A stretch of DNA of 60,500 nucleotides, taken from assembly GCA_964255285.1 (NCBI GenBank), contig CAXUUL010000025.1, positions 1 through 60,500 of the forward strand, given 5' to 3'. The stretch comes from Ionaspis alba. Its lineage: Eukaryota. The notes beneath the pieces are model-generated. The model was not told the origin of the DNA, made no database searches, and saw only the letters and a program-made list of their open reading frames with translations. Of the stretch, positions 48,146 through 60,500 are shown piece by piece; positions within the stretch are counted from its first letter, which is position 1, and every line of letters begins with the position of its first letter. The position numbers and the translations under genes were made by a program.

Positions 48146-48869
48146 GCGGCATCAATCCTGCTGCCCATCGCTGTGGGAACGGGTATTGGGTTCTCGATTA
48201 GTCGTGAGCATCTTGTATTTCACTGGATAGGGCAATCAGCAGCTGATGCAACATGCCGTCTAGCCAAGGAAACCCAAAAGACCTACATGGCGCTTAAGCA
48301 GCCTCCCTACCGTCCTCCGCCTCAGGTCTTTGGCCCTGTGTGGACCGTGCTATATGGCCTCATGGGATATGCCGCGTATCGTGGCTGGTCAAGTGGCATG
48401 GCATCCTTCAATCCTGAGACAAGAGAATTGGCCAAGGTAATGTTGCATTCGTCTTGCTTATTACTATCTAACAGTATCTCTACACTACAGCAAGGTGCAA
48501 CGCTGTACACCATCCAACTCGGTCTCAACTTCCTTTGGATGCCACTATTCTTTGGCCTACACCGTCCCGTCGAAGCCCTTATCGATATCACTGCCTTGAC
48601 CGGAGTCACCATGTACCTTACATACGTCTGGGGTCAAGTTGATGTTGTGGCTGGTTGGGCTCTCGTTCCTTACGTTGCTTGGTTGAGCTTTGCAACCTAT
48701 CTCACCGTGAGTAGTTTTTCTTCCTTGCGAAGCGAGTAGGACCCGATAGCTGATTAACGAATAGGCCGGGACTGGATATCTCAATAACTGGAATTTTGCC
48801 GACAAGGAGCGTACAAAATCAGGTACGGAGGGTGACAGCACGAAATACGTGAATGAGAAGCGAGACTAG
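48146..48869 (+). CDS. TspO/MBR family translocator protein (5' end in gap)
   Basis: YMALKQPPYRPPPQVFGPVWTVLYGLMGYAAYR, YTIQLGLNFLWMPLFFG, LVPYVAWLSFATYL; three introns. Confidence 0.9.
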
Positions 48870-49555
48870 GGATGAGATGAAGGATTTCACACATTCGTTG
48901 AAATCTTAGGGTGAAGTGACATTGCATTTATTCTTCTGCTGTTGAAGTTTACTGTAAAACTGCGATCAAATTTGCTTGGACCGTGTAGCTTTTGTTAACA
49001 GCATTTTGTGTTTGCGAAGTCATAGTTTTCCGAACCCATGGTGTGGGAATACCATTCAAGAAGCTTTACCTGTGTCTCTACTTCAGGATGCCTGTTCCAG
49101 CCTAGCTCCTACTTCCTTTTAGCTGCCATGACTGACCCTTTCCATACCTGTTCATGTCCTCGTGAAAAGTCTATGTGAGTGTAGATACTGATCAAAGCAT
49201 ACCGAAGTCATCCTCGGGAATAATTTTCGACCGTGGGTCCAAGGGAAGGATCGCCCATTGATTTTGTATGTTATATCATTTAAGAAACCTACCTGTGAGA
49301 GGTAATTTCCATTACTGGCATTAGATGCATTTATGACTCGTGATGTTGAGATCGATATCGTTCACATATATTCCAGTCTTCAGCATTAACGTTAGATACA
49401 CCGCTGAAACTCCTTGAAGCATCCTCGCAAATCGCTGTCCGAATAAGCAGATATCCGCCGGGCGTAATTCTCACTATCCAAAACAGAGGCAACAAGTACA
49501 GCACGCTAAGCTGATTTAACAGAAGTGAAGATGTATGGAAAAGCTCGATAGCACC

Positions 49556-51608
49556 TTAGACACTATCTCCGCTACGGTGGATGATGACTCTGTGCACGTA
49601 ATTGATGAGGAGGTTGTCCAAGAAGACAACTGTATGGCCTCATTAGCCTTGTGTGACGAAAGGGGTCTAACATCACAGCTGCTTACCAACACCATAAGCC
49701 AGAAGGACCGTAGGCAACATCCAAGGACTAAAGAGATAGTTGCCAAGGGACGAATCAACACCAGTGTTCAGCGACGGGAGTGCCATCAATGCCACAAGTG
49801 CTAGACCAACACCAACGAAGATCCTAACGAAGACGGACAGGACTTCGCCTCGGAGCTTTCGACGTTTGCCAATCCAGAACAGTACGGCGAGGATGATGAG
49901 GGTGAAGCCGGCAGCAATAAAAAAATAGAGAAAGACGGTCATGAAGACTTCTCCAATACCGACAACAACGTCGAAGGGCTTCTCAGCTGCGGCGGAGCTC
50001 TTCTCCGATGGCCTGATGCCGAAATTCAGGCTGACCCCTTTGGCACTCGATTAGCTGCATTGATCGAGAAGAAGCAGGAATGGAAGTCTTACAGTTGAAA
50101 CCAAGAGCAAAGATATTATCTGTGGCATCAACAATGGTTTCGTTCGTAACCCCAGGATCTTCCAATTGCTTGAAATACGGGGTCGGATCTGGAAGGACGA
50201 ATTCCGAATCCTCGAATTTCTCATACAGAGTGTTGAGCGTTTCGTTCATGTGGGCGATAATCTCTGAAATATCGGCATTTTCACTGAAGTTCGCGAAATC
50301 TTCCGAGAAGGGCACGATGATATCGAGGATCTTCCTCCAGACCGAGAGTCGGCTGAGACCCTCGACAACAAGGAGCACACAGACGTGGAAAGGGAAATGA
50401 AGAATTGCCCAGATTTGCTGGCGCATGGTCCCAACACGCTCCGACTCGGTCTGGTCGAAATACAGCATCCACAAAAAGTCTGCATTAGGAGTGAGCCACT
50501 GCGTTTCCTAGATACGGCAAAGGGTGGCTTACAAATGATTCCAACCGAACAGATGATCATGCCAATGACATCTGGATTGAAGATCTTGTCCGATCCAACC
50601 CTCCGGATAGACCCACACATTCCAATGATACCCTCTCCGAGGATGATTAGTGTTAAAAGACCAAGCCTTTCCACGATGGCCGTGCGTCTGAAACTCAAGA
50701 ATTTCGTTTTCCCAGACACGAGGAAGATGACGATTGCCTCGAAGCCTATGCAGACATACCAAGCGATGAGACCGTTATCTGATGACGAAGGAGAGAAAGA
50801 GAAATAGAGACCCAGATAGATCATAGCGGCCACGAATAGGGTGCCGATATGTGCCAGTATGGGAAGCCAAGCCTTCTTGTATCCACGAAGCGAGACCATA
50901 ACAGCCGAGTATTGACCAGCAAGGATAAGGCGGCTGGCCATGAGGATCAATGTTAGAGTCTTGAAACTATTGAGCGCAGTGAAAGCTTCCTTGGTGTTGG
51001 GCTCCCAGCCGGTCTTGTAACCAGGACCGACGACCGCGAAACCCGTCATGATACCGAATTGCAAGGCTTTGCACAGTCGCTCCCAAGCGGAATCATTGCT
51101 GAATCGGACATCGAACAGGGCGACTTGTAACCAGGTGAACCATAAAATACCGAAAAACCCGACATATGATTTCAGGTCTAGGAGATTGTCAGCTGCTGTC
51201 CCGCGAATCTGTTTGACTCCTTGACTGAAACGTACTCTCGCCATCATCAATCTCATGAACGTTCGTGAACGTAGTCAGATTGGCTACGAAAAAGAGATCG
51301 TAAAACAATTGAATTGTGCTAGATTCATGTGCGCGTTTGAGGACAGGCTCTCCATCAACCTCTTCATGGTGCTCTTGATGTTCCGGTGGAGTGACGTCTC
51401 CATGGGTTTCCTGCACGGTGTGTTGAGGCCGCTTCAGTAAGTTATCTCCATGAGTCCGATGATAGCGATTCCGCTCATGGGCAAGAGGGGAAGCATATAG
51501 GGGGAGATGCTTGGGATGAGTGATTGAGAAAGTGGTCTCATCCTCGTTAGAGACGAGGACCTGATGGAGAGAAGTGACAGGTACGAGCTTGGGGAATATT
51601 TTAACCAT
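49556..51608 (-). CDS. LtrA-like (low temperature requirement A) polytopic membrane protein
   Basis: ESSTIQLFYDLFFVANL, FFGILWFTWLQVALFDVRF, ERLGLLTLIILGEG, LWMLYFD, QQIWAILHFPFH; four introns. Confidence 0.75.
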
Positions 51609-53051
51609 CGTGCCGGACGACGATGGTCACGCAAGCAGAGCTGGAATCACAAGGAGAAAAGCAGAGATCTCGTGCAGGAAGAAGAGCAACGGGTAATCAA
51701 GACGAGATCCGGGATGCCAAAGCAATATAACAATTTCAACATTTCATGTGCCATCGATAGTGCAGCACAGCCAGGCGTTCTTAGGTTGCGGGTTGGGATC
51801 TGAGCAACCTGAAACTCGGCTGGACGAGTGTAAGACGGAGAGTCTTTTGTCCCAACTTTGGTCACGTCGAAAGCCAACTGCCTTTGAATGCGGCGAAGCA
51901 ATCGTGAACCCAGGAGGATGGACCAATACCAACAGCCGGCCACAACGCGCATCCTTGCAACGAAAAGATGGCCTTACCACTAAGGTATGAAAGGCGACTT
52001 CAGTAGTAACTCGTTGAAGGAAGAGGCACGCTTCTTAGTAGCATAGGTGACATGCGGAGAATTTGAGCCGCAACCTCGCAGCTGTCGAGGCCAATAATCT
52101 TGCAGGAGGCCAAGGCGCAGCACCAGTGGAGATTAGGTGGTAAACCATCTCGAGCCGCGAATGGTCCTCTACAAGTAAGATGCTTCATCATCGATGTAAG
52201 CGTACTAGATCGAGTCTGGAGGCCAGCGAGCATTATCGAGACGTGGGACGAGACTGTGCCGCGTTGACGGTTCGCCTTCAGCTGAAGGCTGTGAAAGATA
52301 GACCACCCAATCAGACCGCCTGATCAACACCAAAATTGTCCTGACCGTGGAATGCAGAAGTTCCCTTCACCACCACGAGCGGTGGACTTTAGAGAACGAG
52401 ACGAAGGTTTTACAGGGACTTGTGCAGCTCTCTCTATTCCCATCGACAATCGTCTGAGGTGTTTATTTGTGCTGGACGGGTGCAGCCACTTAATTTACAA
52501 CTTTCGTGGCAGCAACCGGTCCGCCGGTCAGAACGATTGACCTAATATATAGGCTGGAGCGGAAGAGAGCGAAGGTGGCAAGGGCGGCAACCAGCGAAAA
52601 TAGGAGCTTCCTGCCGGGGGCGGCTCGCTCCAATTTAAGTGGACTAGGGGCCCGACTGCCTGAAAGTCCCCAATTCAATATTCGTACCCGCTAATTTTTA
52701 TGTCAACGACCCCGTAAGTCTCGCTCGGAAGTAGCCGATAGGAGGCCAGCTATTCTAGGACTAGTGATGAATCGCGAACTGAGATGACAAAATTTTGTTA
52801 GACCAAAGGTTATATTATTATTTTCTCAAGAACAACCAGCTTTTACTGCAGCTTATGCTGTGAGAGCCTTCTAGCTGCAATTGCTAGCAACGTTGCAGCT
52901 AGACAGTACGAAGAGCCCCCATCTTCAGCAGAATCTCGAGTGGTCTGGAATATTCCCCCTTGAGCATGAGCATACACCAAACTGTACCACTCGATTCTGC
53001 TTTCCTCAACCTCAATGGTCATGTCAGCAATCTCGAAACAAGGTCGTAGTC

Positions 53052-54672
53052 ATGCCTGATCCAGGATTGCCTGCCGATATGTTCCGTCCTCCTGTGGATC
53101 GTGCTATGCGCGTGCTGTATCGTCCGTTCTTCCGTAAGAAAATACCTCTGGCGGTTGCCACGGTGTTCGAGAAGAACCAGATATCAATGTGCAGAGGCTA
53201 TCTAAAGCAGGATCTTCTGAATCTTGACCGTGTCTCGCCTATTCGGTTCGATGCAAGTGCGGAAGATTCCAAGCTCGACCGGAGGTCTCTGCTCTTGAAG
53301 CCGAGTGTTCGGCCAGATGGTAGTGATCCCGCGATCCTTTGATGGAAATGCTGGTTGTAATCTCTGCTTATTTGTTGGATGATATAGAGCCGTCGACATG
53401 GACAAGCAAGATTCAGGAGCTTGTGGACGAGAAGAAAGTAGCCATCCAGCCATATACGTTCGAGATGACTTACGACGACTGGAGTTACCGTACGTATGGA
53501 ACTATTGTCGACACTTCTCCTATGATAATACTGACTATGTGCAGTTGATATACTAAGCTCCATATTACCGGAGCACGATCAAGACGAGTTACCCACTGGC
53601 TTCAGCATAGTCGGGCATGTAGGTAGGCTTTCAAATTCTTGTATGAACGGTTTGATCGAGAAAATAACCTTCTTCAGCACACTTCAATCTCCGAGATCAA
53701 TATCTCCAGTACAAGTATCTCATTGCCGATGTTCTTATGGATAAGAACCCAGGCATCAAGACAGTGATCAACAAAATCGACATAGTCGGTGCAGAAAGCG
53801 AATTTCGGACTTTCAAGTGTGAACTACTCGCCGGGAATCCTTCTCTCGATGTCGAGACCCGACTACTAAACTGCACCTTTCGATTTAACTACTCAAAGGT
53901 GTACTGGAGCAGTCGGCTGACCTCGGAGCATGAACGGATCGTAAACCTCTTCCAAGAAGGAGAAGTAGTCTGTGATGTTATGGCTGGTGTCGGACCTTTT
54001 GCTGTCCCAGCAGGAAAGAAAGGAGTTTTTGTTTGGGCCAATGACCTGAACCCTGACTGTTACACTAGTCTCAAAGAGGCCATATCACGAAACAAGGTAG
54101 GCCTGCAAAGCATAGCTAGTATGGTAGTGACCCAGAAGACAGTCACTGACTGTTTCTAGGTTCCTCTGTTCGTGCGGCCCTTCAATATGGATGGGAGAGC
54201 ATTTATTCGCGATTCGGCCAAAGAACTTCGGGAGGAAACCCTAGAGCTCGAGTACCCCCCGGCCAAACCAAAGCGAGTCTCGAGGTCGGCCCCACCCACA
54301 GATGCGCCTCCTCCACCGCCCTCGACTCTGAAGACTCAACCGAAGACCTTCGACCACTACGTAATGAACCTCCCAGCATCAGCAATCACATTCCTAGACG
54401 TATTCATAGGCCTCTATCACGGTCACGAGGAACTGTTTAAGCCGCACACTTCCAGGAAGCTTCCAATGATACATGTCTACTGTTTCTCTACCAAGAGCGA
54501 TGACAACAAAGCAGAAGCAATCAAGATCTGCAAAGCAATCTCGGATCGGATTGGCTACCAAATCAACCCGGATGACGAGGATGTTAAGATCTGGGATGTT
54601 AGGGATGTAGCACCACAAAAGCGGTTGTTCTGTGCCAGTTTTCGTCTCCCGCCAGAAGTGGTTTTTCGATAG
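53052..54672 (+). CDS. TRM5: tRNA (guanine-37-N1) methyltransferase
   Basis: [78 protein letters not shown]; four introns. Confidence 0.95.
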
Positions 54673-55513
54673 CTGTCCGTCTCGAGGCGGGTGACCAATG
54701 ATATCTAATACCAATTTACAAAAGCACCACAAATCTAGCGGCGTGACCACCTAAGTTCGTTACTGTTGGAATGGCGGCCTCTCCCTTGAATTACTGTGCT
54801 ATTGCATTCGACGGCCGTGTTGAGTGGTTCTGTTGTCAACCATCTCCCTATACCTCAGAATAAGGATGGAGCGGCAAGGAGAGTAGGGGACACTCTCCCA
54901 GATGAGAGCTATATACTTCTGTTGTTAGTGGGATCCTCATATCAACGGTGTAGCTATGATAGAATTTATATCGGTAGGTTGTGTTAGACCGACTAAAGGA
55001 GCAAATAGGGTTATGTGGAATAACCTCGCTGGCTCGTACCAACAATTTAAATGTTTGTAATTCCAACGAGAGTTCGTGTGCGGAAATTCGCATCGGACGA
55101 CCTGTAGCGTGGAGCTGTTGTCTCCTCGGATGTTGTTGAAAGTTCATAGTATTTGTTGGCTGCAAAGGATGGGCACCGTTGTTCCAAATAGCCGTTTGCC
55201 CTGTTGGCGATGTCCTACTGGTGTGGCCCGTTTCGATGACACCTAAAATGGGTGACACAGGGATGCCTGGCCCGTGCAACAGGAAAGCTTAGCTGTCCCT
55301 GATCCCCCAATCATCCTAGCGCGGGGCGGATCCAAGAAATCGGTTTCTGCATTCAACGTTCGTCATCTTCGGTTCATGACGCTGCGTATGATCAAAGGCT
55401 CAGCTGGTTCAGCATTTTTTTTCCCTTTCGATTTCCTCAGGATGCGGTGATATCCTTTTAGGTTCTGTTAGAGTATCTACTGCTACACGTCTGTCTCGGA
55501 GAGTTCTTTCAGT

Positions 55514-58500
55514 ATGGCAGGTCTCAACGAAAACACGCCCGTTAAATCGCTCGATGGAACTGTACGACCGCTCGGAGGAGTTTCAGCTGGTCAGCCTACT
55601 AGAAATGCGGAGTTGAAGGCAGAGCTTGCCTCGAGACCGAAACCAAACGGCAAAGCTTCTTCAAGTGGTATACCTCACGCCGGCCAGATCTTGACTGGGA
55701 AACAAGAACATTGTGAGTGGGGAGCTGAAATAGCCTCGTTCATATCGTTCTGAGCTGATAGCTACGAAAAGACCTCAAACGGGAACTCATATCCCAACAA
55801 GTCGTCTATGAGATATCAGAGCTCTCCTCCCCTACCGCCTTGCAAAGATTCGGAGCTCCGTTCAAATCGGATTATGGAGAAGTTGCACCTGTCGATTCGG
55901 ACCTCCCCCTTCTGCGCTACATCTTCGTCCACCATGTCCGAAACTTCCCTTTTCTGGATCAGGCAAGAGAAAAAGAGTTTTGGCAAGACAAGCTACAAGT
56001 GGTATGGCTAGTTACCATACATGTTATGAGGCGAATCTGACCACGCATGACTAGTTCCTGGAGCTGTTTGCCAACAAGCACATCTCCTCTTCCGAGGACC
56101 GACTTGAGGAGACCAAGAGGAGGAAGCTTGCACTGAAGGCCCAGAAGCTGGTAGAGCTCATGATGGTCTCTGGAATACCTACGGCATCAGGCTACGAGGA
56201 ACGAATACGCTTCTCCGAGCTGGAGGTAGTGGAGCGGGGAGCCAACGATCAAGGTCTTTTGGTGAACGCGCCCGAGGGTCACGCTATCAACGGTTGGGAT
56301 ATAAATGTCGCGGGAGTCCGTACAACGTCTGTAAAGCGGACAGTCAGATATCACCAACACGCTGTAAAGTCCAAATCATCCCAGTGATCTTGGTGGGCTC
56401 CACTAACTGTCGTCAGGAATTTATCATACGTGTGAAGCAGGCTGGAAAGGGCGATGTATATATTGGCCGGAGATACGGAGAGTTCGTAAAGCTGCACAAG
56501 AGACTCCGCACCGAATTACCTGGCAAGGTTCTCCCTCCATTACCGAGGAAGAATAAGAGCTCTACGACTTCCCATTTCCTTGGAGTTGCCGACGACGATA
56601 CGTCCTCTATTTCTTCGGTCTCGACTCAAGGCACGGGACGTGATGACGGGAACTCCCTCAAGGCACTCGTAGGTGGCGGCAGCCATCGACGCTCTGTTTC
56701 AGTCCAGTCATCTCGATCCAACCGCGATTCTAGCGAGCATCGAAGAGAAGTCACTTTGTATCGAGAAGATCAGCGAGTATCTCTACGAGCATTCCTGAGG
56801 ACGTTCCTACAGAATCCCCAAATTGCAAATTCGAAAGCCATGACAGAATTTCTTACTGGAAATCCCATCAGACTCAACGAAGAAGAACTTTGCGATATAC
56901 AACGGCGTAAAGAAATGGACGAAAAAAGAATAGAGGAACAGAAGAAGTTTTATGAGATAGCAAGACAGCGTGCTAAAGAGCTAGACGTGTACATGGAACG
57001 ATTTAGACGAGATATCATTGAAAGCAGTATGTTGCTGTCTATCACCAAGATCCTTCAAGACCCTACTAACAACATGCAGATGGATTGTCGAAGCTTTTTG
57101 CCGAGATCAAAACAAAAGACAAGATTGATGATCTGAGTTTAGAGTACAAGAAGTTTGCAGAGTGGCTTCGAATAGAGTCAGTATCAAGTCCAGTGTCAAG
57201 GAAGTGTGCTGACAATGACCATAGGGTCGCTGCTACGATATACCATCTTTTCCTCGCCGAGGATAATTCTCCCGAGCTGTTTGCCCAAGCTAAACGTATA
57301 CACTCCATGATACCCTACACTGCCCTCAAGCAAGTCATTCGCTTCGCAAATCCTGCATTAGTCATGAGCGGCGTTCTCGACCTTTTCCTTGCACAACCAT
57401 TCGGCTCCAGATCTCTAGCTCAGAGAGTATTCGCAATGGCCCTTCACGACGGCATCAAGTCATTCCAGAAAGCAATAGACGCTCTCGTCACCAAGATTGA
57501 TGATCCTGTACTCTGTAATAAGATCAAGAATTTCTCCGATGCTTCTGAGGACACGAAGAACTTTATACGGAGTGAAGCTGTCGCCGAGGATATTGATCTT
57601 ATTGTCGTCATACTAAGATCTGAAGAATTCAAGCCAGAGTTGACGTCCGAGCAAATCGGCAAGGTCTTCAACGCCTATGTGGCTTGGAACAACGCTGTTG
57701 AGAATGTGAGTCAAGATTCCGGGGCAGAGAGACATAGGTGCTAACTCTTCAGGTGGACGATGAAATGAAACAAGGCGCACAGCTTTTCGCCTCTCTCAAG
57801 CAGCTTCTGAAAATGTATACTCGACAACGGGACAAAGCCATGATGCTAAGTGTCATTGAGGAGGTCAGCATTTTGCCAACACCACCTATCATCAAGCCCC
57901 TTTACTGACATGCCACCCAGCCCGTAACCCTCCAACTCTTCCGCGACCTCTTCACCATCTTTTACGAACCCCTCATCCGCGTCTACAAATCCGCCAACGT
58001 CTACAGCAGCGTCACCGACTTCTCCGCCTTCGCCGACGACATGTTCACAGTCGTCGAACGAGCCCAAAGACAAGACGTCTCCGCTGACCCCAATCAAACA
58101 GTCCAGTCCTTCATCGATCTCTGCGCTCGCCATGAACATAATTTCTACAAATTCGTCCACGAGGTCCATATTCACGACAACGGTCTTTTCACCCAACTGA
58201 TGGGTTGGCTGGAGGGAATTCTCGAGTTTTTGAGACAAGGTCCGAAGGGGGGCAAGCTAGACATGAACGCTCTGTTTCAAGGCGCTGTCGATATGAGCCA
58301 GATCGACAAGCAGAAAGCTATCGATGAGATCAACGCACTGGTCAAATGGCAAGAGGAGCGCAAGAAATGGCACCAGGACAAGACGCGGCAGAAGATGGCA
58401 GCCGAAGGTGCCGGCGGAGCTAGACCAGTAGAAGCGGCACCCGGAGCAGCTACGTTCCGGAGTAGTGATTTCGGACTCAACGAGGTACGTCTCCCTGGCT

Positions 58501-58756
58501 CTTTTCCCCTCCTCAGGGACTAAATCATCAACCACAGTCCGACCTCCAAGATCTAAACTACGACTCCTCCGGCACCGAAGACGAGGAGTCCGAAGACGAA
58601 GCCATGGACCCCATTGCCGCGGAGCGGAAACGCCGAGCCAAGAAACAGGATCATCTGCGCAGGAGTGCAGGTGAGCCGGTGAAGCCGCCGATTAGTGAGG
58701 TGACGAAGTTGAAGCCGGGGTTTTTGGCGATGTTGAGGATGGTGCTTGCGGATTAG
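55514..58756 (+). CDS. PX-domain protein of the YPR097W/Lec1-like family (PXB + PX + DUF3818)
   Basis: LTGKQEHYLKRELI, VRNFPFLDQ..FWQDKLQ, RRYGEFVKLHKRLRTELPGK, REDQRVSLRAFLR, LDLFLAQPFGSRSL; eight introns. Confidence 0.8.
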
Positions 58757-59231
58757 GTCGTTGGTGTGTGGTATGTGACTTGTTTGATACGGTCTGGGAG
58801 GGCCTGTCCCTTGTGGCGAGTGTAGTGGGAGGAGGACGTTGAGATTAGATGTGGGTGTGGAAATGGCAGGTATTGGTTGGTGTGTCGGGTTGGTTGTAAT
58901 GCACATGGAATATATTACATAGATAGAGGGGTATGGTGGCAGGTGATGATATCTATCATGAGCGAATGAATGCATGCATTTGAAGCGGCAAGATTCTTGG
59001 CTGTACTCGTAAATCATTGTATTCATGTTTTGAAAAAGGTGCAGCGGGAGAACTTCCCGTGAAAGGAGTGGCTTTATTTTTATCACAACTGTATTCACGC
59101 TTTCCGCATTTCCAAAAACCAATCAGAAATCTCTCCCCCAAAAAAAACAACCACTTGTACTCCTAACGCCCCACAATATCCATAGCATGCCGATAACCAT
59201 TCCTTCTCTCACTCCGAACCCGCCATATAAC

Positions 59232-59417
59232 TCAGGAGTATATTGGCGTACATGACGTGCAGTTGTAATGGAAGCGACATTCATAAGTAAGACAAACCCA
59301 TACTTGCTGCGACGTAAGATACTGCATTCCCGCCTGCTGGCATTTGCAACATCTGTAGCCTGTCGCTGGGACAGGTTCGGTTTCGGTCGTTGGTGGGGGA
59401 GGATTGGGATCGGACAT
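59232..59417 (-). CDS. Small Cys/His-rich putative zinc-binding microprotein (61 aa)
   Basis: ATG in CACGATG context; YRCCKC-x15-C-x4-C-x2-H-x2-C-x2-C; upstream TATAAA-like element near 59665. Confidence 0.5.
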   Translation of the reverse strand: MSDPNPPPPTTETEPVPATGYRCCKCQQAGMQYLTSQQVWVCLTYECRFHYNCTSCTPIYS

Positions 59418-60237
59418 CGTGATGAGGATTCTTGATGGCTGGAGATGAGGGTCTCTGGTACCGGACGGTGAGGAAGATGCGAAGCGGTGGTGCGAGGTGG
59501 TAATATATGGAGCTGATGAGCGATTGTGTTTGGTGGGATTTGGAGCTGGTCACCCGAAGGTTTTTGAAGATAGCTGGAGTTGAGAGAGCAGGTTTTGATC
59601 GTAGGAGTGTGTGGATATGGATGTACAGGAACAAAGAAGCAAAGAGGAAGCACAGAGGCTTTATAGACTCGAGGACAGGGAGAAGCTCGAGACAAGATGC
59701 ATCTGGTAATAGTGAATGGCCACGAGATTTGGGAATGATATGATAACAAGCTGATTCCATCGCTGGTGAACGACCGCACGATATATGAAATCATTATCGA
59801 ATGACGATAATGATACCGGTGAATGACAGTACAGCTCATGAATGTCGAGATTAATGAAGAAAGCTCAAAAGGAACACAATGACAGCTAGCAATCCTCACC
59901 CTATCAAGTCAACGCGTGCCAAACGACAAAAAACATCTGGTATATGAATCTATGTACATTACCGTCAACAATGTACAAACTCGACCGGAAAGCTTCACCG
60001 AAGGCTTCTCCCAAGGTCTATACCATCACACCAAATTCCCGCACGACCGATATCCAGTCCGCCAATAACCAGCAGTAGCAGCCAGCGGAGTCATTAAACA
60101 AATGCTCGGGATGATACTCCCTGCTTGAGAACCGCCATATATCCATCTACCAGCACCGTCATCCACAACCAACCACCAGCAATCCGGGTATCCCACACAC
60201 TCGCCCCTCCCTCCACTCTCCTCTCCTCTCCTTTCTC

Positions 60238-60462
60238 TCACAACCCACCAAAAACCTCATACCAATACTCCTCATCCACGCCCTCCCTCCCCGGCACCTC
60301 CGGTACCTCACCTCTGCCCTCTCCCAACCTAACATTCAAAAGCCTAATCTTCAACCCATACCCCGCAACCAACCTCAACAACTTGGTCGTCTCAGCCGTA
60401 ATAGGCTGCTGATTCAGCAACATCAGCAAGCCATCCAGCCACTCGGAGGCCAGGGTATGGGT
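60238..60462 (-). CDS. Last exon of an ELMO/CED-12 family protein (gene continues beyond window)
   Basis: CTGAC branch plus CAG acceptor, then THTLASEWLDGLLMLLNQQPITAETTKLLRLVAGYGLKIRLLNVR, matching the ELMO PH-domain C-terminus, with a Pro-containing tail. Confidence 0.75.
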   Translation of the reverse strand, partial: THTLASEWLDGLLMLLNQQPITAETTKLLRLVAGYGLKIRLLNVRLGEGRGEVPEVPGREGVDEEYWYEVFGGL

Positions 60463-60500
60463 CTGGGGGTGGAGAGTCAGGAGGGGGAGTTCTTTTTGAT

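Noticed and set aside
52662..52671. GAAAGTCCCC resembling the RNase MRP CR-I motif
   Set aside because: No downstream complementary GGGGCT CR-V to form helix P4.
52764..52782. GTGATGA followed by CTGA (box C/D-like)
   Set aside because: Spacing is too short for a snoRNA and no guide or terminal stem is evident.
52871..52902. Nested palindrome CTAGCTGCAA..TTGCAGCTAG upstream of TRM5
   Set aside because: Short, isolated and could arise by chance; no supporting context.
52881..53051. In-frame upstream extension of TRM5 as a mitochondrial presequence
   Set aside because: No ATG, and the composition is not presequence-like.
59123..59899. 258-aa and 159-aa minus-strand ORFs
   Set aside because: Low-information sequence without motifs, overlapping the more plausible 61-aa Cys-rich ORF.
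1..60500. Many antisense ORFs in the track; transposon, tRNA, rRNA and CRISPR signatures
   Set aside because: Antisense ORFs shadow real exons. No transposase/RT motifs, tRNA cloverleaf, rRNA or spaced direct-repeat array was seen by eye.

Overview
Gene-dense, intron-rich eukaryotic DNA from a filamentous ascomycete (Pezizomycotina-type GT..CTAAC/CTGAC..YAG introns, mostly 45-130 nt). It is a scaffold with four ~100-N gaps. About 30 protein-coding genes can be assembled by hand. Most are conserved housekeeping genes: HPM1-like methyltransferase, RPS15, RPP2, SPT2, RPC25, NUFIP1/Rsa1-like, ATP1, NAD(P)HX dehydratase, DAP2, RPB7, Mpo1-like, Borealin/Nbl1, RPN10, RPB4, TRS23, ARS2, TRM5, a PX-domain protein and the ELMO 3' exon. 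Interspersed are divergent F-box/BTB genes, a SET-MYND protein, a secreted multicopper oxidase, a Zn2Cys6 factor, TspO and an LtrA-like membrane protein. I saw no transposon, tRNA, rRNA or CRISPR. The best candidate for something undescribed is a ~460-nt, highly base-paired minus-strand element with H-box and ACA hallmarks directly upstream of RPB7 (34877-35336). Other observations: RPB4, RPB7 and RPC25 in one window; a C-terminal SKL on the NAD(P)HX dehydratase; a TRS23 start codon split by an intron plus a GC-AG intron; a degenerate 138-bp tandem repeat; and a 61-aa Cys-rich microprotein. All family assignments are by motif recognition, not database search.
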